DNA of 63,693 nucleotides, the filler included, from Craspedostauros australis (lineage: Eukaryota), in the NCBI GenBank assembly GCA_030167865.1. It is 13 parts of 13 records of this genome, joined end to end, with 100 filler letters (N's around TTAATTAATTAA, not from the genome) between each part and the next. Parts side by side here need not be neighbours in the genome. Positions count along the whole stretch, not along the records: positions 30,504 to 38,309 come from JALAGF010003794.1; positions 38,410 to 40,116 come from JALAGF010003796.1; positions 40,217 to 43,756 come from JALAGF010003797.1; positions 43,857 to 48,534 come from JALAGF010003798.1; 9 more parts are not named here. One strand, written 5' to 3'. The notes beneath the pieces are model-generated. The model was given only the letters and a program-made list of their open reading frames with translations, did not search any database and was not told the DNA's origin. Both the position numbers and the translations under genes were made by a program. Shown here in pieces: positions 36,027-48,534 of the stretch (its first letter is position 1; the number at the start of each line of letters is the position of its first letter).

Positions 36027-37075
36027 GGCAAAGACCAAATAGAACAGTGGATGAACTTATTTGACAGAGCCTTCGTTCATGTCCATTTCACGAAACGTTC
36101 GGCATTGGTAGATCATGGACTTTCAGGTGTGCAGCATTTGCGCTTCCTTTTCTGGCATTGATGCTGTGTGTGTGTGTTTGGGCGCCACCGTCGATGCGCT
36201 TGATGAGAACTATACCTTTGAGATCGGAGACGGCCGTCGTGGAGGACCATCGCCGAAGCAACTGCGGACGTTTCAGAGAATCGGCGGTGCGCAGGCATCA
36301 CCTCAAACCTTTGGAAAAGCACAAGAGTATGATCAACGAGCCGCGGTCTGCACGAAACATGGACTGAGAAGAGGATTCAAGCACCAGAGAGGGGTGAAGA
36401 ATCTTGTGACTTTTCGTGAGTTGCCCAACTCGTGATCTGGTTGTTGTTCTCTGTTCCTTTCAATTTATGCAATCAAGTATCCACTATGTACGTCGCCTTC
36501 CGCAACTTCTATTGTGCCGGCGCCAGGCTGTCATGTAATGTCAGCCACGCCCGGGGTATGCCCTCATTGATGTACCATTTCTTTATACACGCTGAGCTGA
36601 TTGAAACAGCGGTCATTGAAAACCATTCGGGTGAATCGCGATGGGAACTGCAACGGCAATCATCGGCAATCATCATCCCATCCTTGTCGCTGGAAAGGTT
36701 GCAGTGAATGCGTCCAAGGCATAGTCTTCGATCGTTCGAGTGTTATGGTCATTCGCTGTGTCCCACCAAAGCAGGTCCATTCGCCATTGATTCTCTGCCA
36801 ATATTCCAATGATGGCGCGTGATGCATCATTCACATCTTGTGGCCTTTTCATCTTTCCATTGCACATATGCAGCCACGACGCTGGCTGTGTGCATATTCG
36901 TTCCGACACAACTTCGCTCCCTCCATTTCTTCACGTGTTGCTTTGCATTGCTGCGTCGAGCCATTCATCGCCCACCCGACGGCATCCACCGTCATCGTCT
37001 ATGCTGTCGTAAATTCCGTCCGCGGTTTCATCAAAGCAAGGCCCCGTCTTCCGCTACGGTATTTCCAATTGATCG

Positions 37076-37470
37076 CTATCGCGCTTCAAACTGGATCACT
37101 ATTGTTGCATCATCGTCGCGGATTCGTAGAAGTATCCATGGTGGAAGCAAAAATCGTCCGGTTTGAAGGTAGGAGCGACATCAATTTGCAGGGTGTCGTT
37201 GTGAGTGGATTTCAGGCCCGCGTTGAGTGCATTCATTCTCATAAAGACAAGCCACGGCACAGCATAGCACATTCCATCACAGCGCATCGCAACATAGTTC
37301 CACTTACATCGCTTCGTGCGCGTCTTGTAGAGGATGCGGAACCCGCATTGCCGACATCGCACGGGATCGCCTCCCTTGATCATGTTGCGGGCACCGCAGT
37401 CTCCGCATCGGTACTCCACACCGCGCATGATTGGCAGCGGCGTGGCGCCTGTCTGTGTGGTGCTATCCAT
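37076..37470 (-). CDS. RPB12: RNA polymerase I/II/III shared subunit RPABC4/RPB12; exons 37470-37308 and 37098-37076
   Basis: YRCGDCG...[18 protein letters not shown]; a 209-bp GTAAGT...TAG intron restores the conserved LIQFEAR* end (61 aa). Confidence 0.96.
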
Positions 37471-37900
37471 GATGCTGACGACTCTGTTACTCTCTGTGTA
37501 TTGTAGAGTGCGTCCACTGGAATGACTGCTCCGCTGTTGAAGTTGGAGATTGTGGGGAATGTCGTGAGGTCGGCCAAGTGATGAAGATGGACTCGGAGAC
37601 TCTGTCGTGATGGGTGTGTGCTTGTGTTTGGAGTTGGTTGGAAAACGCAACTGGATGTTGTCGCTTGGTGGTTGGCAGTTTTGTCGTGTCGTGTTGGCGC
37701 GAAATCTAACGGACGACAGCAAGGCTATTCATGTTTGACAACATTCGTGAATGAGTAGGAGTGATAGTATCTTGAGAGTAGATTTCTATGTTTGTTCTGC
37801 GAACGCTTCTGCACTTGAACGGGAATGTGCCGGCAAGTCATATCGCGATGTGTAGAGTACCAGTCGAGGACGATAGTGCCGCGATTCTGGCTGCAACCCA

Positions 37901-38309
37901 TCAAAATAGAATCGACACCATCCCATCATCTTCTGAACCATCCGCTTTGATGTCGATGGCGATCCGCAGAATGGAGCCGCAGCTGTTCGGGCCTCCTTTC
38001 TGTGGGACTTGCGAGTGGATACTCCACGTCCCCTGCTTGCCACCAACTTTGACACGAACGGAAGCGGTGTTGATGACGGGCACGAACACGTAAATGTACT
38101 TGCCCAACCGCTCCAAGTCGCGCTTGAGGTTGATCTCGACGGTGTTGTTGTCCATGAGGTTGAAGCTATCAACTTCCAGTCCGCACGAGAAGTGAATATC
38201 GCTACCGATGTATTGCGGTCGGCTGGGTGTCACTGGACGGACATGGAAGATCTCCGTCTCGTGCGCCTGCAATCTGCGGCTGAGGTATTCATGTTTCGTC
38301 GATGCTCCA
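37901..38309 (-). CDS. C-terminal fragment of an unknown protein (possibly a glycoside hydrolase C-terminal beta domain)
   Basis: Open coding-like frame from the contig edge (PQYIGSDIHFSCGLEV...); the family is only a weak recollection. Confidence 0.55.
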
Positions 38310-38409
38310 NNNNNNNNNNNNNNNNNNNNNNNNNNNNNNNNNNNNNNNNNNNNTTAATTAATTAANNNNNNNNNNNNNNNNNNNNNNNNNNNNNNNNNNN
38401 NNNNNNNNN

Positions 38410-38517
38410 CACACCCACACCCACACTCACACTCACACTCACACCCACACCCACACCCACACTCACACTCACACTCACACTCACACCCACACTCACACTC
38501 ACACTCACACTCACACT
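38410..38517 (+). repeat. (CACACY)n hexamer array at the contig start
   Basis: About 18 units of CACACC/CACACT. Confidence 0.93.
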
Positions 38518-38950
38518 GACACAGCAAACAACGCACAACGACTGTACACACACTACACAACACAGACTACACACTCACATTCACAACGCACAACAAACGA
38601 CGTACAGACCAATGACTGTACACACACTACACAACACCCAAACGGACAAAGGGCAGACCAATTATCCACACTACAATACACTACGGACAACGCACGGACG
38701 CTAATGTACCACCCAATTCACCATTTCCCGCAACTCCCAAATGTACCACCCAATGCCCATTTCCCACACCTCCCAAAATACCCCTAATCAACCCAAAATA
38801 GTGACAAACTTCAACACCCCACAGCTCGCTCAATATCCACCCATTGACAAAAGCGAGCGTCACTACAGGTGCCCAAGAGCCCGCTCCAAACCACCAACCA
38901 CCAAAAAGCCAAAAATAAAAACGAATTATTGTTCAGGTTCCGGCTTTTAT

Positions 38951-38979
38951 AAACCCTAACCCTAACCCTTAACCCTAAC
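38951..38979 (+). repeat. Short telomere-type (CCCTAA)n tract
   Basis: AAACCCTAACCCTAACCCTTAACCCTAAC, plus a further AAACCCTAA at 39010-39018. Confidence 0.8.
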
Positions 38980-39041
38980 GGATATGAGTGTCCGCAGGTG
39001 CAACCAATCAAACCCTAATGTACGAGGATTTAACACGGTGA

Positions 39042-39255
39042 CGTACGACGGCCAGACCGATGTTTGGGTCGATTGACGGTCGACGTACAGACGCTTGTAT
39101 GGGCACGCAATACACACGGTCGAAGGACGGACGTTTTTGTATGGAAAATGTTCATGTTCCGCAACTCCACGTACGATGGTCAGACCGATGTTTGGGTCGA
39201 TTGACGGTCGACGTACAGACGTTTGTATGGGAACACATACACGTACGGTCGACGT
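39042..39255 (+). repeat. Direct repeat with 128-bp period
   Basis: CAGACCGATGTTTGGGTCGATTGACGGTCGACGTACAGACG at 39053 and 39181. Confidence 0.9.
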
Positions 39256-39709
39256 ACCGACGTAAATGTATGGAAATTGTCGATGATCCGCGACTCTCCG
39301 AAAGTGCGGACGAATGTCCATCATCCGCAACTCCCAAACAACAGGAGATACTACGAGCCACGTGATACACCGTGTGAAACATGTACAGCACTCTACACCA
39401 TGATGAGCACATGTTCACGTACATCTATGTGTACCCACACACGCACCACGTCCATACACACACATCAACACTTCTACCATATCCAACGGACCACTACAGT
39501 GTGAGATATTGATGATCAAAGTACTCAACATCATCCAGTACTTGCAATACACAGTGTCATGTACATGTAAGCACACACACATGTTCACCGTGACCATACG
39601 CACGTGTGACAACAAGAACCACACTCTGAATCAACTTGGTGATGGAGATAGTGATGCATGAGTACAACACAAACAACATGTGATAACACGTGCAACCCTG
39701 TTAATGTGA

Positions 39710-39796
39710 GATGAACATGGTCAATGGCAGATGAACATGGTCAATGGCGGATGAACATGGTCAATGGCGGATGAACATGGTCAATGGCAGATGAAC
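39710..39796 (+). repeat. 20-bp minisatellite x4
   Basis: GATGAACATGGTCAATGGC(A/G) in tandem, no spacers. Confidence 0.95.
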
Positions 39797-39830
39797 TATC
39801 CGTCAACATCAAATGAACTATTGTTAACAC

Positions 39831-39980
39831 ATTCCAACTACAGGAGGATGGCACAAGTCCCATGAAATGGCAGACTTGTGGGGGAGGAGGGGGAAGTCAA
39901 CACCATTCCAACTACTGGAGGATGGCACAAGTCCCATGAAATGGCTGACTTGTGGGGGAGGAGGGGGAAGTCAACACCAT
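39831..39980 (+). repeat. 74-bp tandem duplication with a G-rich core
   Basis: ATTCCAACTAC(A/T)GGAGGATGGCACAAG...GGGGGAGGAGGGGGAAGTCAACACC at 39831 and 39905. Confidence 0.92.
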
Positions 39981-40216
39981 CAACTGTGATACTCACACAT
40001 CCACGTGCTCACACACACACACAGTGCCACATGGTACAACCAGCCACAACACACACGATATCACAGTATGCCACATGTGACTATGACACTGCACACCATG
40101 ACACCTAATATCACACNNNNNNNNNNNNNNNNNNNNNNNNNNNNNNNNNNNNNNNNNNNNTTAATTAATTAANNNNNNNNNNNNNNNNNNNNNNNNNNNN
40201 NNNNNNNNNNNNNNNN

Positions 40217-40717
40217 AAGCACCTGGACAGCAGCGAAACCTTCCTGCTGCCAAAGCTGCAAGAGCATGCGGACATCCCATCCGACAGCGTCATCAAGTCG
40301 CATCGCAACCTCATGTCCCACATCTCCACCATCGATTCCACGGTCTCCACGCTGCGACCAGGCGCAATCGGCAAGAAGGAGGCCGCTCTCTTCGCGACGT
40401 ACAACTCGTACAGCAACGATCTGCGTGATCACTTCGCCTTCCAAAAGCAATCCATCCTGTGCCAATCCAAGCAGGCCATGACGGCATCCCAGTGGGGACG
40501 CACATTGCAAAAGTTCATGGAGAAGGGAGGAGTGGAAATGGGAAGCTTCATCCACCACATGGGAGTCGAGACCTTTCGCCAGGAATGGATGTCCTTCTGC
40601 AAACTGCCTTCCTTCCTTTGGTCCGTCTACTTCCGCAAGGGCTTCGATCAGTTCCAGGACAAGTGGCAGCGACACGTCGCCGCATTCGAGAGCGGCCCCG
40701 GCGTCCTTGCAGTCTAA
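40217..40717 (+). CDS. 3' part of the hemerythrin-like gene (redundant contig)
   Basis: Reverse complement of 50268-50768. Confidence 0.8.
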   Translation, partial: KHLDSSETFLLPKLQEHADIPSDSVIKSHRNLMSHISTIDSTVSTLRPGAIGKKEAALFATYNSYSNDLRDHFAFQKQSILCQSKQAMTASQWGRTLQKFMEKGGVEMGSFIHHMGVETFRQEWMSFCKLPSFLWSVYFRKGFDQFQDKWQRHVAAFESGPGVLAV

Positions 40718-41314
40718 CACTTTCCCCCGATTTCTGGCCTCCCGATCGTGACCGTGCACGAGTATAGAGCAGACGGGATCCGGCTATCCGAATACCTTGA
40801 GCATTCCTCGATCTTCACCACATGTAGACCACTAAAAGTTAGACAATACGAATAGAGAACGATTACACCCATATGCTATCATGTACGGTTCGTCTCTCTG
40901 CGTTCGCGGTTGCTGCTGCTGCCGTTTAATCATCAGGGGTTCGACTGGTAGATTGATACATGAAATAGACCGATTGCATAGCTCTACTCGAGGAACGACA
41001 TTGATTGAGAGCATTGAGAGGACCGGGCGGCGACGCTGCTGTTGGTGTTGCGCTATCGCAATAGGTAGTTGGTTGCGTTTGGCATTCGATCGTCATGCAA
41101 ATGCCGTGCACATTGAAGCGCACAGAGCGGAGTAGTTCAATTTGCGCGTGCGCCGACCGCCAGAATCAAGCCCATCATCAACAATTGAGCATTGGGGCTT
41201 GTGAAGCGCGAGAGGACTGACATGTAGAGGACTATTTACATTGAATTATTGTGTGTTTTATGTTTTCTCATCGTGCTGCGGTCGTTCAGTTTGCAGCGGA
41301 GTCGTCGACGTACT

Positions 41315-42199
41315 CTATTTGGAATTCAACGCGGCTTCCTTCTCCTTCTTCTTTTCCTCCTCCCAATGCTTGAGGAGGCTTTCGTGAAAGATCTGGAAGC
41401 GGAAGATCCATTGCTTGTTGGTCTTGAGGCGGACGCCGATGGCGGCTGGCTGACCGTCGTACGCAATGGTCATGGCGGTGTCTCCCAGCATTCCCATCTT
41501 CATTTTGTACGCGCCGTAATCCATGATGTTGTCGTATGCGTTAAAGGTGTATACGAGGTTCGGGTCGAAGGTGTACTTGGCTCCGTGCCTTGGCACGCTG
41601 AGGTATTTCCGCCGGTTGGCAATTGTGTGGTGCTTGGATTTGGTGATGGCGAGCTTGACATCCTCGTCGAGTTCCAAGGCGTCGATCGGCGGTTCCTCGC
41701 CGTCCTCGTCCACCCGCATGGTCTGCGCGCCGCCGCAAAAGTTTGTGAAGACACTGGGAGTGTCCGACGCGAGGTCCATTTCGATGCCAGGCACGAGCCT
41801 TCCGAAGAATGCAATGACGGGTCGCAGCATCCAGTCAGGTGGGAGGTTCTTGAATCGCTTGCTGTACTCGTCCCCGATGAAGACGTCGTTGAACTTGATG
41901 TCTGCCCGCTTGAATTTTCCCTGCAGCACGGTCTGCGCTATCCGCTTCTTGCCGTCGAAGTACTTGCTGCATTGTTCCTGGTTGTCGGACTTGGCGTCGC
42001 GGATGCGGATCAGGACCTTGCCGACGAAGACGTCACTTTCGATGGCGATGGGTGTTCCGATCGGCGCTGGCTCATCCGTGCGGAAATTCTCGTCAGTGAC
42101 GCTGAATCCCCTGTCGATGTCGGCCATCATGCAGACTGTCTCGTTGCGCCATTTTGACGCCGGCGGGATCCTGTCCTTCATGAAGTCTGTGTCGACCAT
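41315..42199 (-). CDS. DUF1769-family protein
   Basis: IESDVFVGKVLIRIR, YFDGKKR...QGKFK, VFIGDEY and RRKYL...FDPNLVYTF; intact 294-aa ORF. Confidence 0.85.
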   Translation of the reverse strand: MVDTDFMKDRIPPASKWRNETVCMMADIDRGFSVTDENFRTDEPAPIGTPIAIESDVFVGKVLIRIRDAKSDNQEQCSKYFDGKKRIAQTVLQGKFKRADIKFNDVFIGDEYSKRFKNLPPDWMLRPVIAFFGRLVPGIEMDLASDTPSVFTNFCGGAQTMRVDEDGEEPPIDALELDEDVKLAITKSKHHTIANRRKYLSVPRHGAKYTFDPNLVYTFNAYDNIMDYGAYKMKMGMLGDTAMTIAYDGQPAAIGVRLKTNKQWIFRFQIFHESLLKHWEEEKKKEKEAALNSK

Positions 42200-43856
42200 G
42201 GTGAAGTGCTGTCGGGGGGCTTGCTGTTGTGTGCAAGAGCTGTTTGTGTTGAGGTTTGCGATGCGCTTGCGTTGAGGCTTTTTGGGCGGAGTTGGTCAGA
42301 GTTGATTGAGTGGAAGGGGTTGATTTTTATGAATGATCGGGAACTTCTGACAACGACTGTGCTTGAGAGTGCATTCGATTAGTCGTACTGCGATTGTGAT
42401 TGTGATTGTTGGTGGTGACCAGTTGTGTTGGTTGCGGTGTGGTCGTGGTTGTGACTTGGCCACTCCCATGTGCGTCATTGAGGCGATGAGTCTTGTGCAG
42501 AGGTGGCAGAAATGTGAGTTGATGTGTGTGACCGGTTTTCCCTTTGGTCTATCGTTCGTGACGCTTGTTGGGCCATTTCCGTGTTTCGCGTTCTGCGATG
42601 CTGAGTGTTCGTGTTCTTGTGAATTCTGATTGACGCGTCTCGTCACGCCCCTGGTCACAAATGACTGTTCCGTTCATCGCGGATAAGTTGTATTTCTCCG
42701 CGTTGACTAAACATGTGTGACGTGGTGAGCCAAGCCCAAATGGGTCAAATGAGTCGATCTTCGCCACACTCATGATCAAGAATGAATCCCGTGAAAGGAG
42801 AAACTGAATGGCGAAAAGTGTTCGTCGTCATCCGAGATGACATGACGGCGGCGCGTGACGCGTCGTTTTACTGTTTCTGTCCACGATGGTGTTGACGTGG
42901 AGGTGTGTCGACGGCGTTCATTTCTGCGCTTTGTCCTGTCCAGCGAAGTCAAGTCAGGGTCGGAATTGTTGGTAGAAGGAGAGTGATGGCACAAGCGTCA
43001 ATGGGTTGATGTCAATCTTGCTGGGATGCTCGCATCAGTTGCGCACTTGCGAGGGAAGAGAGCCGAGAGCATCATGACGATGGAGATTGTTGATGTCCGT
43101 TGCACGGATCCACGGCCTTTTTCTCCTTTCCTCTCTTGGTTGGAGTTCCAATTTGTGGCGCGTTGTTGGTTGGTTCCAACGACGCTTGACTAACTCGACC
43201 ATATGACCCCATTCAGGACAAAAAGGTAGTATCCTGCCGATTTTTTATCGGACAACATGACTTTTTTGGCAAACGATGTAGCGTGTTGTCCATTAGGGTT
43301 AGATATATTTAGCTAGCTTCTACGACACAAATACCTGGCCGACTTGTCTTCACCGCGGACGAAAATGATGACGATTTTGACGGTCGATATCAGACGGCGA
43401 TGACATCCACCGGTGTGGATGCTGACGTTGCGACAGATTCGGTGTCGCGTTGTTTCCTCGCGTTGTTGGTGATTTGGCTCGGTTTGGGGTTTCCTCCTTT
43501 GGGCGTGTCGTGCCGGCAGCATCCCTGCGCATCAGCCGCAACAGCAACACTTGCGAATACCACACAACACAGTATTATAGAATATAATGTAATGGAGCAC
43601 AATGACTTATTCTGTGGTGTGCAAAGCATTGTATTATAGAATACTATTTAATGCGATGCTTAGTTTGTCAATACAAAGTCCTGCGCAACCTGCGTTGCTC
43701 CCCTTCAACATGGGATGTCATGTTCATCTGCTGAGCTGATGGCACGACGCGGAAAGNNNNNNNNNNNNNNNNNNNNNNNNNNNNNNNNNNNNNNNNNNNN
43801 TTAATTAATTAANNNNNNNNNNNNNNNNNNNNNNNNNNNNNNNNNNNNNNNNNNNN

Positions 43857-44357
43857 AAGCACCTGGACAGCAGCGAAACCTTCCTGCTGCCAAAGCTGCA
43901 AGAGCATGCGGACATCCCATCCGACAGCGTCATCAAGTCGCATCGCAACCTCATGTCCCACATCTCCACCATCGATTCCACGGTCTCCACGCTGCGACCA
44001 GGCGCAATCGGCAAGAAGGAGGCCGCTCTCTTCGCGACGTACAACTCGTACAGCAACGATCTGCGTGATCACTTCGCCTTCCAAAAGCAATCCATCCTGT
44101 GCCAATCCAAGCAGGCCATGACGGCATCCCAGTGGGGACGCACATTGCAAAAGTTCATGGAGAAGGGAGGAGTGGAAATGGGAAGCTTCATCCACCACAT
44201 GGGAGTCGAGACCTTTCGCCAGGAATGGATGTCCTTCTGCAAACTGCCTTCCTTCCTTTGGTCCGTCTACTTCCGCAAGGGCTTCGATCAGTTCCAGGAC
44301 AAGTGGCAGCGACACGTCGCCGCATTCGAGAGCGGCCCCGGCGTCCTTGCAGTCTAA
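43857..44357 (+). CDS. 3' part of the hemerythrin-like gene (redundant contig)
   Basis: Same sequence as 40217-40717. Confidence 0.8.
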   Translation, partial: KHLDSSETFLLPKLQEHADIPSDSVIKSHRNLMSHISTIDSTVSTLRPGAIGKKEAALFATYNSYSNDLRDHFAFQKQSILCQSKQAMTASQWGRTLQKFMEKGGVEMGSFIHHMGVETFRQEWMSFCKLPSFLWSVYFRKGFDQFQDKWQRHVAAFESGPGVLAV

Positions 44358-44954
44358 CACTTTCCCCCGATTTCTGGCCTCCCGATCGTGACCGTGCACG
44401 AGTATAGAGCAGACGGGATCCGGCTATCCGAATACCTTGAGCATTCCTCGATCTTCACCACATGTAGACCACTAAAAGTTAGACAATACGAATAGAGAAC
44501 GATTACACCCATATGCTATCATGTACGGTTCGTCTCTCTGCGTTCGCGGTTGCTGCTGCTGCCGTTTAATCATCAGGGGTTCGACTGGTAGATTGATACA
44601 TGAAATAGACCGATTGCATAGCTCTACTCGAGGAACGACATTGATTGAGAGCATTGAGAGGACCGGGCGGCGACGCTGCTGTTGGTGTTGCGCTATCGCA
44701 ATAGGTAGTTGGTTGCGTTTGGCATTCGATCGTCATGCAAATGCCGTGCACATTGAAGCGCACAGAGCGGAGTAGTTCAATTTGCGCGTGCGCCGACCGC
44801 CAGAATCAAGCCCATCATCAACAATTGAGCATTGGGGCTTGTGAAGCGCGAGAGGACTGACATGTAGAGGACTATTTACATTGAATTATTGTGTGTTTTA
44901 TGTTTTCTCATCGTGCTGCGGTCGTTCAGTTTGCAGCGGAGTCGTCGACGTACT

Positions 44955-45839
44955 CTATTTGGAATTCAACGCGGCTTCCTTCTCCTTCTTCTTTTCCTCC
45001 TCCCAATGCTTGAGGAGGCTTTCGTGAAAGATCTGGAAGCGGAAGATCCATTGCTTGTTGGTCTTGAGGCGGACGCCGATGGCGGCTGGCTGACCGTCGT
45101 ACGCAATGGTCATGGCGGTGTCTCCCAGCATTCCCATCTTCATTTTGTACGCGCCGTAATCCATGATGTTGTCGTATGCGTTAAAGGTGTATACGAGGTT
45201 CGGGTCGAAGGTGTACTTGGCTCCGTGCCTTGGCACGCTGAGGTATTTCCGCCGGTTGGCAATTGTGTGGTGCTTGGATTTGGTGATGGCGAGCTTGACA
45301 TCCTCGTCGAGTTCCAAGGCGTCGATCGGCGGTTCCTCGCCGTCCTCGTCCACCCGCATGGTCTGCGCGCCGCCGCAAAAGTTTGTGAAGACACTGGGAG
45401 TGTCCGACGCGAGGTCCATTTCGATGCCAGGCACGAGCCTTCCGAAGAATGCAATGACGGGTCGCAGCATCCAGTCAGGTGGGAGGTTCTTGAATCGCTT
45501 GCTGTACTCGTCCCCGATGAAGACGTCGTTGAACTTGATGTCTGCCCGCTTGAATTTTCCCTGCAGCACGGTCTGCGCTATCCGCTTCTTGCCGTCGAAG
45601 TACTTGCTGCATTGTTCCTGGTTGTCGGACTTGGCGTCGCGGATGCGGATCAGGACCTTGCCGACGAAGACGTCACTTTCGATGGCGATGGGTGTTCCGA
45701 TCGGCGCTGGCTCATCCGTGCGGAAATTCTCGTCAGTGACGCTGAATCCCCTGTCGATGTCGGCCATCATGCAGACTGTCTCGTTGCGCCATTTTGACGC
45801 CGGCGGGATCCTGTCCTTCATGAAGTCTGTGTCGACCAT
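44955..45839 (-). CDS. DUF1769-family protein (redundant copy)
   Basis: Translation identical to 41315-42199. Confidence 0.85.
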   Translation of the reverse strand: MVDTDFMKDRIPPASKWRNETVCMMADIDRGFSVTDENFRTDEPAPIGTPIAIESDVFVGKVLIRIRDAKSDNQEQCSKYFDGKKRIAQTVLQGKFKRADIKFNDVFIGDEYSKRFKNLPPDWMLRPVIAFFGRLVPGIEMDLASDTPSVFTNFCGGAQTMRVDEDGEEPPIDALELDEDVKLAITKSKHHTIANRRKYLSVPRHGAKYTFDPNLVYTFNAYDNIMDYGAYKMKMGMLGDTAMTIAYDGQPAAIGVRLKTNKQWIFRFQIFHESLLKHWEEEKKKEKEAALNSK

Positions 45840-46981
45840 GGTGAAGTGCTGTCGGGGGGCTTGCTGTTGTGTGCAAGAGCTGTTTGTGTTGAGGTTTGCG
45901 ATGCGCTTGCGTTGAGGCTTTTTGGGCGGAGTTGGTCAGAGTTGATTGAGTGGAAGGGGTTGATTTTTATGAATGATCGGGAACTTCTGATGACGACTGT
46001 GATTGTGATTGTGACTGTGATTGTGATTGTGATTGTTGGTGGTGACTGGTCGTGTTGCGTTGATGGCTCGTCGTGGTGGTTGTTGTTGTGACCAGTTGTG
46101 TTGGTTGCGGTGTGGTCGTGGTTGTGACTTGGGCGCTCCATGTGATGTTGCGCTTGCGTCATTGAAACAATGAGTCTTGGGTGGAGGTGGCAGAAATGTG
46201 AGTTGATGTGTGTGACCGGTTTTCCCCTTTGATCTGTTGTTCGTGGCGCTTGTTGGGCCATTTCCGTGTTTCGCGTTCTGCGGTGCTGGAACACCCAACA
46301 TTTTTGTCTGATTTTCACTGTTCTTACTCGTGACTTAATATAACGGGACTTAAAACGCAGCGTTGAGACAGAAAAGTGAATCGGCCGAAATCCTGAAAAG
46401 CGTACTTCGGGTTACGCTATTTCGCATAGTTGAAGTTAGTTGGTATTCCGTGTCTCTTGCACGTTATCAGGAGGATGGTCTGTCCTTCAACCGGTTTTTG
46501 ACGCCGTTTGATGTTGAGAACAAAGCTGTATCAGACGATGATGTAACTGAAGAAGACTCGGAAGTAAGCTGTCAAGATTGTTTCTGATTGCTTGTTTTAT
46601 GTGTTAAGCTGAATATTGATAGGACGATCGAGTAAAAGGGCAGGGGTTCATGCTGTCGTGCTTCAGCCGTTCTTGTTGTACATCAACATGTCGTGGTGGT
46701 TCTGCACACTCACAGCTGTTCAGCAGCTCCATCCGTAGAGCAGCACTTGATCCATGGATGTGGATGTGCTTCAAGATGCGTGCAGGTTCTGCAAGATGGT
46801 TAGCTGGACAGGTGGCGTGGGTGCATGAGCTGGAGGGTGAGCAGAGCATGGATCGTGGTTCAACTCCACACCATGCACGTGGTAGCCTTTCATCGCAGTA
46901 TCGGTTTCGGATACCGAGTACCGTGTACGCGACATGGACAATTGAGTCCCGGATAGGTCCCGGACCAAGTCTGTCCCAACT

Positions 46982-47728
46982 AAGTTCATCTAAAGAACAG
47001 ACTACTTTCCACTTAGTGCATCCTGTGTCGCACCAAGAAATTGTTTTTGGCGCGCCAATTTTGGCGCGAAATCTTCCACTTACAAATACGGAAAATCCCT
47101 ACTTTGCCTCCTTCTCCCGCTCTCACTCATGAATCACTGCTGATTCAAAATTCAATTGAGTCATCAAGATCAATGCACTCCGGTAACTATATGCTCCTCT
47201 GAACTCTCGTGTCGTACCTAACTCTGATTCCATTGTCAGCCATGTCAGCTAACAACTCTACACGTCAACAACAAGGAGATCCTCCCTGCTTCAACATGAG
47301 CAGGGAATCTAACACCAATTCCCGTCGCCTGACAACCTGTGTTCTCAACCATGACTTCAATCAAGATGTCAAGCCTTTGTACTCGAACATAGAACAACTA
47401 CCGCAGATAGTGGAGAGAGAGAGAAAGAAAGAGATCGCCCGTTCTCAGCACTGAACCTCTAATGGTCAGTGCAGAGCCACACTATCAAATTCAATATCGT
47501 TTCTTCATCCTCCATCTCAAACTGATCAACTCACAATACAGGTTATTCAAAATAACAAATAGCACAACTCAAGATCAGCACAACAACTCTAATCTATTCA
47601 TTGTCACCTACTACAATCTTCCCAGACGGTCATCCCTCGCCAACTGCAACCCCAGCTTCATTGAAACTGGCAGTCAGCTAGACCTTCCCTTCCGGATCGT
47701 GTCACAACGTTACACAAAAAATCCAACT
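46982..47728. repeat. Dispersed repeat family A, copy 2
   Basis: Colinear with 28519-29262. Confidence 0.9.
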
Positions 47729-48062
47729 CGCTTCAATTGTCGTTTGCACTGGCCCAAAGAGAGACCGGACAAAACCGGGGAAACTGGGTCAGACCGGACA
47801 GACCGGACAAAATTCACGATTCGATCGGACGTTGTCACGGACTATTCGTCACATATAACGGACATTGGGATCGTGAAGAAACAGACAAAACTGCTTCGCG
47901 CGAAGCCAAACGAGCCAACCCAAACCACAAGAACAGATCAGCGAAACAAGACAACAAGGCGGCTTCGTGCCGGAGTCTGACATCGCGCCAATGCAAATGT
48001 CTGGTACTATTGCATTACATGCGTTGTTCTTATTGCCGTTTTGTGGAATGACATCAAACCCA

Positions 48063-48534
48063 CTCGTGTCTCAACTAAGGAGGTATGACTGAAAGAGAAT
48101 GAGACAGGTCACGGACGAACAAGTACTGATCTAGCCTCCTCTTGACATGCCCTGAAACCAGATTGAATGACACATCTGGATTCTGACACCAAGACGGATC
48201 CTGACGTGTTGCGGTGGCGAGGATTGCAAGCAGAGAGAAAGGATGCAAACAACAGAAACATCTCACCACTCTCACAACAGCAGCATCCATCACATCGAGC
48301 ATCAAGCAAGCGCGCGGTTTCGTGGTTGATCATCGAAAACCCGTCCTTCTTTGCTGTGAAAATTTTCCTTTCCCCTCCGCCCGTCTCTCTTCCCGCCATG
48401 ACGGTCTTCGACTTCGGGTCCATTCGCTCTGCCTCTCGCTCGTCTCCTTCGGGTGGTGGTGGTGGCGGTGGCTCTGCGGCCCCGGCTGGTGTCCCTTTGG
48501 GCGCTCCTGCTGGTGGGTTGTTTCCGCCTTCTGC
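48063..48534. repeat. Dispersed repeat family B, copy 2 (CpG-retaining)
   Basis: Colinear with 7677-8098; continues to the contig end. Confidence 0.88.

Noticed and set aside
37099..37722. 207-aa unspliced RPB12 ORF
   Set aside because: It reads through the upstream region and the intron; splicing gives the normal 61-aa protein.
39710..39980. CRISPR-like array
   Set aside because: The repeats are head-to-tail with no unique spacers, there are no cas genes, and the context is eukaryotic.
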